A stretch of 64,000 nt of DNA, from the NCBI GenBank assembly GCA_025999215.1, contig AP024679.1:505924-569923 (forward strand), written 5' to 3'. The position numbers and the translations under genes were made by a program. Below, one piece after another: positions 19,443 to 28,809 of this stretch. Below the pieces are notes generated by a model. The model was not told where the DNA came from and searched no databases. It worked only from the letters and a program-made list of their open reading frames with translations. Positions within the stretch are counted from its first letter, which is position 1. Every line of letters begins with the position of its first letter. This stretch comes from Candidatus Dojkabacteria bacterium (GTDB lineage Bacteria; Patescibacteriota; Dojkabacteria; J137).

Positions 19443-21142
19443 TTTTCAGAATTAAAATTTAAACTTACATTTATAAATTCTACAAAGAGTGGGTGAGGTT
19501 TGTTAGGAGTTGAACGGTACTCAGGATGTCCTTGCGTGCCAACAAAAAATCTATGTTTATCTTTTGGTAATTCAATAAATTCAACAAAAAAGTTATCTAG
19601 AGACACACCAGATAAAACTAGTCCTTTACTTTCTAGTAACTCTCTATAATCATTATTAAATTCGAATCTATGTCTGTGTCTTTCTTTCACTACTAAACTT
19701 CCATCACTAAGCTTTTTTTCATAAAATTTAGCTTTTACATAAATTTTTGACACAACACTGTTTGGTTTAAGTTTACATTCAAAAGTTCCTAGTCTCATTG
19801 AAGTTCCATCACCCTTGATTACTTGATATTTTTGGTCAAAAGGTATTGAGTGAATTATTAAGTTTTTGGAATTGGGGTTAATTTCTTCAGTATCTGCATC
19901 AGTGATTTGCGCTACATTTCTTGCAAATTCTATACATGCCAATTGCATGCCATAGCACAAGCCTAGATAAGGAATATTATTTTCTCTTGCGAATTTAATA
20001 GCTTTAATTTTACCGGGTACACCCCTAGCTCCCCAGCCAATTGGAACAACTACTCCATCGGTATCAACGAGAAGTTTTTCAATTTCATTCTCATTTTTTT
20101 CTGAATTTATAAACTTAAAATCAATAGAAATATTGTTAGCTACAGCTCCATGTTTTAATGCTTCAATGAGCGCATAGTAAGAATCAAACAAATTTGAGTC
20201 TCCAGTTCCAAAATATTTTCCAACAATTGAAATTTTAACTTTTTTCAGACTTTTATTAGTTCTAATACTTACAAATTTTTTCCATTCTGAAATATCAATT
20301 TTTGGTTTGCTTGGTAGATCAAAATACTCCAAAATTTTTTTATCAAGCTTTTGTGAATGCAAATGAATGGGTACTCTATGGACATCATCTAAATTTTCAT
20401 TTGAAATTATGTGCTCTTTTGGAATGTGAAATTTAAGAGCAAATTTATATTTTCTTCTATCATCTATTGGAATTTCGCTTCTTACAATTAAAAAATTTGG
20501 GAAAATACCCATAGTCATAAGATGCTTAATTCCAAATTGTGCTGGCTTAGTTTTTGGTTCTCCAATGTGGGGCGGAACAGGAACATATGTTACATGAATA
20601 TTGGCAACTTTTTGTTTGAGTCCTAGTATTCTGGCTGCTTCATAGTACAAACCGTTATTGTTTTCATATTCTCCAACTGTTCCACCTAGTTCAACAACTA
20701 AAAAATCGGCTTTAGTTTTTTGATAAGCTTGATCAAATCTTTCAATAATTTCATTTACAATGTGCGGAATGGGTTCTACATCTTCTCCATTGTATTTCAT
20801 ACTTCTTTCCTTTTTAATTACATCAAGGTACAACTGCCCCATTGTCATAAAGTTGGCAAACCCTACTTCTTGATCTAAAAATCTTTCGTAATTGCCCAAA
20901 TCCATATCTCCCTCAAGACCATCTGCGCACAAAAAAGGATCGCCATGCTCAATTGGGTTAATTGTTCCAAAATCCCAGTTTAAATTGTTTTCACATTTTA
21001 TTGGGCAAACTTTGTATCCATGTTTTTTAAGAAGGAGAGAGATTGAAGCGGCTGTTACCCCCTTGCCCAAAGCACTTATTACTCCACCAGATACAAAAAT
21101 GTAGTAAGGTTTTTTACTTTTCAACAAAAAATTTTTAAACAA
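19439..21142 (-). CDS. pyrG: CTP synthase
   Basis: N-terminal IFVSGGVISALGKGVTAASI. Glutamine amidotransferase domain with GLCYGMQ and a HPEY-type C-terminus. Confidence 0.95.
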   Translation of the reverse strand: MFKNFLLKSKKPYYIFVSGGVISALGKGVTAASISLLLKKHGYKVCPIKCENNLNWDFGTINPIEHGDPFLCADGLEGDMDLGNYERFLDQEVGFANFMTMGQLYLDVIKKERSMKYNGEDVEPIPHIVNEIIERFDQAYQKTKADFLVVELGGTVGEYENNNGLYYEAARILGLKQKVANIHVTYVPVPPHIGEPKTKPAQFGIKHLMTMGIFPNFLIVRSEIPIDDRRKYKFALKFHIPKEHIISNENLDDVHRVPIHLHSQKLDKKILEYFDLPSKPKIDISEWKKFVSIRTNKSLKKVKISIVGKYFGTGDSNLFDSYYALIEALKHGAVANNISIDFKFINSEKNENEIEKLLVDTDGVVVPIGWGARGVPGKIKAIKFARENNIPYLGLCYGMQLACIEFARNVAQITDADTEEINPNSKNLIIHSIPFDQKYQVIKGDGTSMRLGTFECKLKPNSVVSKIYVKAKFYEKKLSDGSLVVKERHRHRFEFNNDYRELLESKGLVLSGVSLDNFFVEFIELPKDKHRFFVGTQGHPEYRSTPNKPHPLFVEFINVSLNFNSEK

Positions 21143-21159
21143 CTAAATAATAATTTTTA

Positions 21160-21852
21160 TTAATTTTTTTGTAAAGTTTTTTTTAATCTTTTTTTAACTT
21201 CCTCTATGTCACTGCTCCACTGATGAGTTTGCTCATCCCACCACTCTACCCCTGGAATTTGTAACTTGTATTTTGACTGTTCACTCACAATTGATCCCAT
21301 GTAAAAATATTTTAACCCAGCGCTCTGAGCCCATAAAATACTTTTTAGTTTCATTCCAAAACCTAGACTTTTCATTTTTTGATGAGCATAATTTAAATCG
21401 TAAAAAGGGTAAGAATAATGTACAATTTGAGAGTTAATGTAGCAAATACAATAACCGACCGGTTCTATCACATCGTTAACTTGAGCTATTACAACATGAT
21501 CAAAATTATTTTTTTCTGGGTTACAGAAAATTGTTCTAATTTTTGAAGCAGAAAATGTACCTTCTCCTCCTTGAAAATTATAAAATTCTTTTGCCATTTT
21601 ATGAATTTTCCAACTATATTTTGGAAGAGGAAGTTTCTTTATTTCTATTTTTAAATCGTTTGTTTGACGTAATACCCTTTTATTTTTTGATTTAGGTGAA
21701 AACTTTTCAAGGTCAACCCTTATTGATCTTGTTTGTTGCATAATTCCCTTATCTATTCTGGTGAATACATAACCTGAGTTGTAAAGCTTGTTGATATTTT
21801 CTTCACTAAAATCTGTAACTCTAATTTCTGAAAGATTAAGGTAATAACTCAT
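21160..21852 (-). CDS. aminoacyl-tRNA--protein transferase-like protein (Bpt/Ate1 family)
   Basis: YNSGYVFTR...SIRVDLEKFSPKSKNKRVLRQ parallels Bpt/Ate1 aNGfRRSG...PIRI...sRSqkRllak. C-terminal YFYMGSIVSEQSKYKLQIPGVEWWDEQTHQW parallels lYLGYqIdeCpaMnYKvrF...W. The N-terminal Cys cluster of canonical ATE_N is absent. Confidence 0.5.
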   Translation of the reverse strand: MSYYLNLSEIRVTDFSEENINKLYNSGYVFTRIDKGIMQQTRSIRVDLEKFSPKSKNKRVLRQTNDLKIEIKKLPLPKYSWKIHKMAKEFYNFQGGEGTFSASKIRTIFCNPEKNNFDHVVIAQVNDVIEPVGYCICYINSQIVHYSYPFYDLNYAHQKMKSLGFGMKLKSILWAQSAGLKYFYMGSIVSEQSKYKLQIPGVEWWDEQTHQWSSDIEEVKKRLKKTLQKN

Positions 21853-21881
21853 GTTAAGAGTATAGCAAAAAACTGTAATTT

Positions 21882-22922
21882 ATGTTACAATACGACATTT
21901 TAATTTTGCATATGAACAATCTTGAGTGTCCATATCATGCAAATAATGAACCAACTGTTGAGCTTAATTGGAGAGTTCTTGGGCCTGTAGACTTTGAAAA
22001 TTTTACAACTATAGTAACAATAAAAAAAAATTCTGAATTAGTAGAGATAAATATACCGTACAGAGAATTATTTCCAAACTTACCCGACGAAGAGATTTTA
22101 AAATTACATTTCTTAGTTCTGTTTAGGATGGTAAATCCTTCAGATTTTTTGAATTTTTTAACAGAAGTAAGTAAATATTCAAATAAAGGTTTAGGTTTTA
22201 CAACCATTATAGATATATTGGGTTACCAAATGAATCAAGAAGATAAAAATAAATTAAAAAATTTTTTGATTGTTTCTTCAAATCTCAAAATCGGATTACT
22301 CGCAGATAAAATATTAAAAAGCAAATCTGACGAAATTTTTAGCTGGGCATTTATTCAGAAAACTGAAGATTTAGATTCAATTCTTCAATATGCAAATGAT
22401 GTCTTCAGAATGTATTTCAAATTGAGGAATAGTATTTTATCTTTTGCAATACAAATATTACCTGAATATTTGACACAAAATATAACACGTCAAGTTGAAA
22501 CTTGTATGGATTATATAAAAAGAATAACTTATAGTGAAAGTGGTGAACTTAACGAACTTCTAAATTTTTGCCACGATAATAATCTTGAAATATCTAAAGG
22601 AACTTTAATGGAAGAAATAAGAAGTGGTTTAAGTTTTTTAACAGCTATGTGTACAGAATTTATAAATCATATTCATAGCCATAATAATGAAAACCTTGAT
22701 CCTGTTGAAATGTTTTGTGATATGATTAAAAAAAATTTAGTTTTAACAACCACGTCTGAAATATCCAACCAAACATTAACTATTGTCAAACATTTTAATC
22801 TAAAATATTCTGTGCAGAGGTATTCTAAAGTTGATAATAATGCTTTTGTTATCAAACTGAATAATGAGCCAGCCCTTTTTATTTTACGACCAGGCATATG
22901 CCCCTTTTTTGTAAATAATTAA
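21882..22922 (+). CDS. hypothetical protein
   Basis: ORF only; no motif recognised. Confidence 0.35.
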   Translation: MLQYDILILHMNNLECPYHANNEPTVELNWRVLGPVDFENFTTIVTIKKNSELVEINIPYRELFPNLPDEEILKLHFLVLFRMVNPSDFLNFLTEVSKYSNKGLGFTTIIDILGYQMNQEDKNKLKNFLIVSSNLKIGLLADKILKSKSDEIFSWAFIQKTEDLDSILQYANDVFRMYFKLRNSILSFAIQILPEYLTQNITRQVETCMDYIKRITYSESGELNELLNFCHDNNLEISKGTLMEEIRSGLSFLTAMCTEFINHIHSHNNENLDPVEMFCDMIKKNLVLTTTSEISNQTLTIVKHFNLKYSVQRYSKVDNNAFVIKLNNEPALFILRPGICPFFVNN

Positions 22923-23164
22923 ATAGTTGTATCATTAATTATTTTCTCCAAATATTCCAACATTTCTTCAAAAAAAGGCCCTTCAATTCCGTGTAAACGC
23001 GCGCCTTCTTCTAACGTATCGAATTCAGCAAAAATGCAACTAGCACAGTGAAAGCCAAACTCCTCCAGTAAAATTTGTTCTAGCTTTGGAAACTTTTCAA
23101 GAAGTTCGGGGATAGAAATTTGTGGATCAATTTTAATTTTTTTTGACATATTAAATTTTAACAT
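22919..23164 (-). CDS. DUF1858-domain protein (hybrid-cluster-protein-associated redox disulfide family)
   Basis: ISIPELLEKFPKLEQILLEEFGFHCASC...TLEEGARLHGI matches the DUF1858 pattern tIgEiv.kyPe...vf...GlhCigC...tiEegA..HGid. Confidence 0.7.
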   Translation of the reverse strand: MLKFNMSKKIKIDPQISIPELLEKFPKLEQILLEEFGFHCASCIFAEFDTLEEGARLHGIEGPFFEEMLEYLEKIINDTTI

Positions 23165-23187
23165 TTTTTTTGAAAGTATTTTTCAGT

Positions 23188-23691
23188 CTAGTGCTCAAAG
23201 TTAGTCCTATTTGTGATTAAAGATTTCAATTTTCCAAGAAATATCGGTTCTAAATAAAAAGTTAAATAGATTTCTAAAAAATTTAGTGGGACTTGTGATT
23301 TTAATAAATTGTTAAGAATCGTAGCATAAATAGTTTTTAAAGACGTTAAATTATCAAAATCATATTGAATTAAGTTTTCAATTAATTTTTTTGTATAGGC
23401 ATCGGTTATCATATTTTCTACTGTTTGAATTATTTCAGAAACATTTAATTCTGTAAGGTTTTTAGTTTCCGCAAAAACACCAGAATTATTTACAGTAATT
23501 ATTTTTAAATGTAATTGGTAAATGAAGTATAACATTTGAAAATTTTGTAAATCATATCCAACTATGTTTCTTAATTTTTCATATTCTTCATTAAGTTCAT
23601 GGATTGAATTAAATTTATCAATTAAAAATTGATGAATTAAATTATTTGGGTCAAAATGAGGTACGTCTTTGTAGTTGATTTTTTCAGCCAT
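23188..23691 (-). CDS. hypothetical protein
   Basis: ORF only. Confidence 0.35.
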   Translation of the reverse strand: MAEKINYKDVPHFDPNNLIHQFLIDKFNSIHELNEEYEKLRNIVGYDLQNFQMLYFIYQLHLKIITVNNSGVFAETKNLTELNVSEIIQTVENMITDAYTKKLIENLIQYDFDNLTSLKTIYATILNNLLKSQVPLNFLEIYLTFYLEPIFLGKLKSLITNRTNFEH

Positions 23692-23737
23692 TTATAGATT
23701 ATTTGATTATAAAACGTAATTATTAAAAAATCTAAAT

Positions 23738-24307
23738 ATGAAAAAGAAAATTTTAAGAAAAATTTATAGACAAAAAAGACTTTTATTGAGAAACAATGAA
23801 ATTAGAGATAAATCAATAAAGATATTTGAAAATTTGTTTAATTTAGCTCTCATTACAAAAGGTTCAGTTGTGCATGTGTTTATTCCTATCAAAAAATTAA
23901 ATGAAGTAGATACTTGGATATTTATTAATTATGTTTGGAATTCAAATTTGGATTTGACAATTGTTACATCAAGTGTCAATTATGAAAATTTACAAATTTC
24001 TTACTTTAAATTAACTGGGTTTAACATTTTAAGAGAAAATAAATTTGGAATTTTGGAGCCTGTTTCGGGGATACAAATTAGTCCTCAAGACATAAATTTT
24101 ATAGTTGTGCCTATGTTGATTTGTGATAAGTTGGGTAATAGGGTTGGATATGGAAAAGGAATTTATGACAGAATTCTAGCAGAATGTACAAATGCTAAAA
24201 GAGTTGGTATTAATTTTTTTGAACCTATAGATAAGGTGCAAGGGGTTACTCAGTTTGATGTGAAATTGGATTATTGTGTTACACCTCAAAAAGTTTATAA
24301 ATTTTAG
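23738..24307 (+). CDS. 5-formyltetrahydrofolate cyclo-ligase
   Basis: VVPMLICDKLGNRVGYGKGIYDRIL matches the 5-FCL signature GyGGGYYDR. Confidence 0.8.
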   Translation: MKKKILRKIYRQKRLLLRNNEIRDKSIKIFENLFNLALITKGSVVHVFIPIKKLNEVDTWIFINYVWNSNLDLTIVTSSVNYENLQISYFKLTGFNILRENKFGILEPVSGIQISPQDINFIVVPMLICDKLGNRVGYGKGIYDRILAECTNAKRVGINFFEPIDKVQGVTQFDVKLDYCVTPQKVYKF

Positions 24308-24327
24308 AAAATTTACCTGAAAGACTC

Positions 24328-24807
24328 TTATTTGTTAAAAAAGTGTTTTTCAAGATTTTGAAGAATAAATTCATAAAATTCACTTAGAAAAGGATTCCAT
24401 TCCATATACTTCATTTTACTTTTTTTCTTGAGAGATATTATTTCCTTTGGTTTAATTCCTAGTTTGTTTTGATACCTAGTTATGGATTCTTTGGGCTCTA
24501 AACTTAACTCCCAAAGGTCGGGAGCCATTTTATCTATAGATTTTGCAAATTTACCGCTATTACTTTTTTGATTTTCAACATCTTCATAAAACGGGTGATA
24601 AACTGGATCTAAAAGTTTTAATGCGTGTTCATATTCTTCCTGTGAATCATCGTCACTTTTTAAATATGTGAAAGTATCTCCTGTTACTAATTCGCCAATA
24701 TCATGAATTGCAAGCATTGTTAGTGTTTTTCCTATATCAACACTTGAATCATCAAGAAATGGGTAAATTTTGGTTGCAATGATCGGTAAGTGCCCTACAT
24801 GCTCCAA
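24328..24807 (-). CDS. HD-domain phosphohydrolase (YfbR-like 5'-deoxynucleotidase family)
   Basis: H...HDIGELVTGDT parallels the YfbR motif HDasEvvtGD. Confidence 0.65.
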   Translation of the reverse strand: MEHVGHLPIIATKIYPFLDDSSVDIGKTLTMLAIHDIGELVTGDTFTYLKSDDDSQEEYEHALKLLDPVYHPFYEDVENQKSNSGKFAKSIDKMAPDLWELSLEPKESITRYQNKLGIKPKEIISLKKKSKMKYMEWNPFLSEFYEFILQNLEKHFFNK

Positions 24808-25013
24808 TAAACTTTCTCTAATTCTTACAGTCGTCTAAATTTGATGTTTTATTTAACAAAAATTTTTGAGGTTGAATCGTTTGTCTGTATGTGAGAGGAA
24901 TACCTTTCCTGTAAATAAATTAACTCTTCCAGAAGCTTTTTGTATTTTTTCATTTAAAAGATTATAGCATTAATTTTGGAAAATTTGAAAAATATATTAT
25001 AATTGTCGAGAGT

Positions 25014-25089
25014 GGCCCTATCGTCTAGCGGTCTAGGACGCCAGGTTTTCATCCTGGTAACCGGGGTTCGAGTCCCCGTAGGGTCACCA
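25014..25089 (+). tRNA. tRNA-Glu (anticodon TTC), encoded CCA
   Basis: GGCCCTATCGTCTAGCGGTCTAGGACG-CCAGG-TTTTCAT-CCTGG-...GGTTCGAGTCCCCGTAGGGTCACCA. Cloverleaf folds; anticodon loop TTTTCAT gives TTC. Confidence 0.85.
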
Positions 25090-25099
25090 TCTGTAAATC

Positions 25100-25905
25100 A
25101 GTCGATTTTTTCTGCCTCTAAATCCTTCAAAACACTGAATATGTAAGCAATCTCAGGGGTTCGATATTTGCCATTTTCCCACATAACACCTTTTGGAATG
25201 CAAAGTTCGCGCAAAGTTGCTTATTTCTTGTACTGAAGCTGCGATACTGGGGTCGATATTAGCTAAAAATAGTTCAGCTTGAGTTAATAATACTTCTAGT
25301 TTATTCTTATCGATCTTATTTTCGTTCTCAACCAATTGAGCTACTAGTTATCTCGTTTCGTAAGTTTTGCGATCTCCACCTCGTATTCCTCTAGTGTTAT
25401 TTCACCTCGTCTCTTCATCCTGATGGTTTCGCTCTTTTCGAATTCTAAGGCTTTCTACTTTTTCCTTAGCAAGTCTGTATACCTCTTTTCATAATCAGAA
25501 TGGTCCTCTTCCCATGCCTTTAGTACTTCGTCTTTAAATATATCTACATACTCTTTAGAAGGTGTGATATTCCCAATAAGTTTTTCAAATTCTTTTTCCA
25601 TTTTTTGTTTTGGATGAGATTTTTTCTTTGCGTTATACTCTCCTTTATAACAATATAGTATGGATCTTTCTTCTAATCACCCTCTTTCAATGACTCAGGG
25701 AGATCAAACATTTGTCTTTTAAGTTTAAATTTACTATGTACTCCTTTGCACCTACTTCTTGTAGTTTATTGAAGAATTCATCTGTATTTATATTTGTAAA
25801 TCTTCTTTCCATTTCTTTTGCCATTTGAGGTTGATAAAAGTTTGGGATGACTTCTAATTGTCTTTATAAGATTTTTAGAAGTCCTATCTGAGGACACTTA
25901 ACGAT
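25100..25905 (-). pseudogene. decayed coding remnants (several short reading frames interrupted by stops and frameshifts) immediately 3' of tRNA-Glu
   Basis: Minus-strand translation gives fragments MAKEMERRFTNINTDEFFNKLQEVGAKEYIV..., MEKEFEKLIGNITPSKEYVDIFKDEVLKAWEE... and ...EVLLTQAELFLANIDPSIAASVQEISNF... in shifting frames. No ORF longer than 60 codons. Confidence 0.4.
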
Positions 25906-25910
25906 TAACT

Positions 25911-26489
25911 TTAGAACTGGATTTTACTTAGTTCAGCTAATGTAGCCACTTTTGCGACTTGTCGTAATGCGGACTGATGATCTTCATCATTAGCCGCTGC
26001 AGAAGCGTCAGTAACTACGGTAACTTGAAAATCCATATCATGAGCGTCAAGGACGGCAGAGGCAACAGCAAGGTCAGTAGCAACACCAGCAATATATAAC
26101 TGCGTCACTCCCATCTCACTAAGCTTTCTCGCAAATTCAGGATTACTAAATGCACTCACACGGTGTTTAGGCATATGGATATCGCTATCCTGAGCCGCAA
26201 CGTCTTCATGCATTTGAGTTGCCCAGGTACCTTCGGTCAAGGCACCGAATTTCTTCGCTGCACCAAATAGTGGAGAAGTTTCTCCTGGCCAGTTAGAGTA
26301 ATCAGCGTCAAACTGAACTGCTACCCAAATTACTGGGATGCCCATATTTCGTGCTTGCTCTGTTAAAGTCTTCACCTTTGCCAAAGTACCATGACTATTG
26401 ACAAAATCGGCGTATCCTTTTCCAGAGAGTTTACCATCGGGGTGTACGATTTCGTTGATGAAATCAATACAGACTATTGCTTTTTCCAT
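25911..26489 (-). CDS. isochorismatase-family hydrolase
   Basis: CIDFINE (catalytic Asp region), MPKHRVSAF (Lys) and IAGVATDLAVASA. The position of the usual catalytic Cys is Ala, as in true isochorismatases. GC content of about 47% is well above the surrounding 30%. Confidence 0.75.
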   Translation of the reverse strand: MEKAIVCIDFINEIVHPDGKLSGKGYADFVNSHGTLAKVKTLTEQARNMGIPVIWVAVQFDADYSNWPGETSPLFGAAKKFGALTEGTWATQMHEDVAAQDSDIHMPKHRVSAFSNPEFARKLSEMGVTQLYIAGVATDLAVASAVLDAHDMDFQVTVVTDASAAANDEDHQSALRQVAKVATLAELSKIQF

Positions 26490-26518
26490 CTTATGTCTCC
26501 TGACTAATATGTTAAGTA

Positions 26519-26690
26519 AGGCTTAAGAGAAATTCTACGAATTCCTCTTCCGTGTCTAGCAGTGGCTCCGGACTAAACTGTTTCAGATAGCTAGTAGGAT
26601 GATATCCATATCCAACTGCGCCAACTGGTATAGGCACGTCCCTACAGTATAACACATCACTCACTAAATCTCCAATGTAAATTGCTTCCT
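26519..26690 (-). pseudogene. fragment of a HAD-family hydrolase (C-terminal motif only)
   Basis: Minus-strand translation EAIYIGDLVSDVLYCRDVPIPVGAVGYGY matches HAD motif IV (iGDs..Di.aA..AG...v.v.wG). No upstream catalytic DxD part is present. Confidence 0.4.
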
Positions 26691-26906
26691 AGTGTTGCTG
26701 ATTTCTTATTGTAAGAAATAAGAGAAAAGATGTTATTGTGTTTGACAGCGATGATCGATTAAAGAAAATTTATCATGAGAAGAGGCAGTTTGTTGTTTAT
26801 GATCTGGAAATAGGTCTACATAGCAGTACAAATAATCAAGCAGCAAGGAATTTATTTAGCCAGACGTTTGTGTTACAATGAAAATTAAATTTTAATAATT
26901 TAAAAC

Positions 26907-27506
26907 ATGATCGAGAAAGAAATACGAGGGTTTATTGAAAAAGGTGAATTCGAGTTCACTATTGAGAAATTTACGGCTTTGTTGGGAAGTCCCAAAATAT
27001 CAAAAAGAGTTTCATTAGCAATTGCAGACTATGATAATTTAACACTAGAGACGAAAATTAGGATTACTAATGGTAAAGTAGAAATTGTACAAAAAGTTGG
27101 AGAATTTACTGCAACAGACAGGCAAGAAATTACCATTAAGTTAGAAAATCTCAACAGTAAGGCACTGGTAGACCTTTTTAGGACTTACAAAAACTTTCTA
27201 AAAGACAAAAAGAATCCAATGCTAACTCTTATACAGCACGAAAATTATGTATTCAATAATGATAGATTTGAGGTAAAACTTTTTAGGCAATTTGGGAATG
27301 ATGAGTTTTTCGCATTTGAGGTAGAAGCTTTAATTGAAATGGAAGATTCAGAGTTAGAAAAATTTTGTAAAGAGAATGGACTAATAGTTGATCCTCTATA
27401 CAATAGCTATGATTCAATTCAAGAAAGAAATTCTAAAGTAAACATTAATTTAGAAGATATTGATCCAAAGGAGCTAGAATCAATTTTAGACAAATACTTA
27501 AATTAA
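26907..27506 (+). CDS. hypothetical protein, possibly CYTH/triphosphate-tunnel (class IV adenylyl cyclase-like) fold
   Basis: Alternating-Glu beta-strand patterns: EKEIRGFIEKGEFEFTIEKF, KIRITNGKVEIVQKV and DRFEVKLFRQFGNDEFFAFEVEALIE (cf. CyaB LD.VegLGdFiEiE). Native-like AT-rich composition. Confidence 0.4.
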   Translation: MIEKEIRGFIEKGEFEFTIEKFTALLGSPKISKRVSLAIADYDNLTLETKIRITNGKVEIVQKVGEFTATDRQEITIKLENLNSKALVDLFRTYKNFLKDKKNPMLTLIQHENYVFNNDRFEVKLFRQFGNDEFFAFEVEALIEMEDSELEKFCKENGLIVDPLYNSYDSIQERNSKVNINLEDIDPKELESILDKYLN

Positions 27507-27854
27507 ATAAGGCAAAAAATTAAAGTAGAAAAATCTCTTTTTCAAGGCAGTTGTTCGTGTATGTTATGACATGACGAATATTTGAGGTAGTATATTTGGT
27601 GGAACGGCCATGTTTGGCTTTGAGTTGCATATACTGTAAGTATTTAAGGTATCAGCTTTTTGTGTCCTGTTGGCGTGTAATGCTTACACAAAATTACATC
27701 CTATAACTATTGATTTTTGGGATATTAATTGATATAATTTACTAGTATTTGAAATAGTAAAACGGCGGTATTGTATGGCTCGTTTTTGCCTTTCGAATAA
27801 AAAACTTGCTCTTTAACAACTTGTGGAAATTACCTCTATTAAGTGGGTAGCTTT

Positions 27855-27940
27855 GTGGTCATTTCAAGTGACTAGAAAGCTATCCACTTTAGGATAGTTT
27901 AGTCAATTTTCGGATAGTTTATCCAATTGGAGGTAATGTG
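27855..27940 (+). promoter_or_regulatory. operator-like array of GGATAG palindromes/direct repeats upstream of the GC-rich ORF
   Basis: CTATCC-ACTTTA-GGATAG inverted repeat. Then GGATAGTTTAGTC and GGATAGTTTATCC (GGATA-N3-TATCC palindrome). Then GGAGGT Shine-Dalgarno 7 nt before the ATG at 27943. Confidence 0.35.
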
Positions 27941-27942
27941 AT

Positions 27943-28542
27943 ATGCATAAGAATGCTCCGAGAAAAGACAATCCTTTATGCCTGTTGTTGAGAGCTATTA
28001 TGATTGGCTCGTCAAGTGAAGCAATTTGGGGTCAGGAAGCCGACGGACAATCGTCCGTAGTTGGTAGCGATACCTTCTTACCCACCAAGATGCTGGGTAA
28101 CGCAAAGGAAGTCTTGGAAGCCGCTGGCGTTCAGTTCCTCGGCATCGTTGAAGACGACCCGATGTTCCGGTATGTGGTACTGCCCAAAGGCTGGCAGATA
28201 GTAGCCACTGATCACCCAATGTGGTCAAACCTTGTCGATAACAAGGGGCGCACGCGTGCTATCATCTTCTTCAAAGCGACGCCCTACGACCGCAGAGCGC
28301 ACGTCAGTGTTAACCGGCGCTTTGATGTTGGTATCGACTACAAAAAGCTGGACGAGGGTGTTGCGGAAGCTATCGTCACCGATTGCGATAAAGAAATTTT
28401 CCGCTCTGTTGGTGTCGAATTTGACCCCGAAGGCGATTATGACCTGCGTTGTGCCGCACAGGACGAAGCAATCACCGTAGCCCGGCAATGGCTTATCATG
28501 CGTTACCCGGACTGGGAAAACCCCGCCGCTTACTGGGATTAG
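27943..28542 (+). CDS. hypothetical protein encoded in a ~55% GC segment (likely horizontally acquired)
   Basis: 199-codon ORF with GC-rich codon usage (e.g. GGC, CGC, GCC) unlike all neighbouring genes. Preceded by an SD. No recognisable motif. Confidence 0.45.
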   Translation: MHKNAPRKDNPLCLLLRAIMIGSSSEAIWGQEADGQSSVVGSDTFLPTKMLGNAKEVLEAAGVQFLGIVEDDPMFRYVVLPKGWQIVATDHPMWSNLVDNKGRTRAIIFFKATPYDRRAHVSVNRRFDVGIDYKKLDEGVAEAIVTDCDKEIFRSVGVEFDPEGDYDLRCAAQDEAITVARQWLIMRYPDWENPAAYWD

Positions 28543-28809
28543 GAGCAATCCGAACATCCCGTAAGTATAAAGAGCAAGAACTGACCCTCGGTGACCCCGA
28601 GTGTCAGTTCGTATTCCCATTAAAACAATTTGCATATAGGACTTAAATGATATAATTAGTTGTATTTGTTATACCGAATAAGGCTCTTTAACATCTGCTA
28701 TTAGCAGAGAGCAAGCCAGGCATTAAGCCTCCTCAATTCGAGGAAAAGCGTGGTGATTGGCACAACTCTCTGTTACATCCGGTAATGCTCAAGCCTTAAG
28801 GAGGTTACA

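Noticed and set aside
27998-28646. Four overlapping ORFs (27998..28228 -, 28225..28635 -, 28232..28480 +, 28449..28646 +) inside or next to the GC-rich gene
   Set aside because: High GC content suppresses stop codons in every frame. These are antisense or out-of-frame shadows of the 27943..28542 ORF and are not called as genes.
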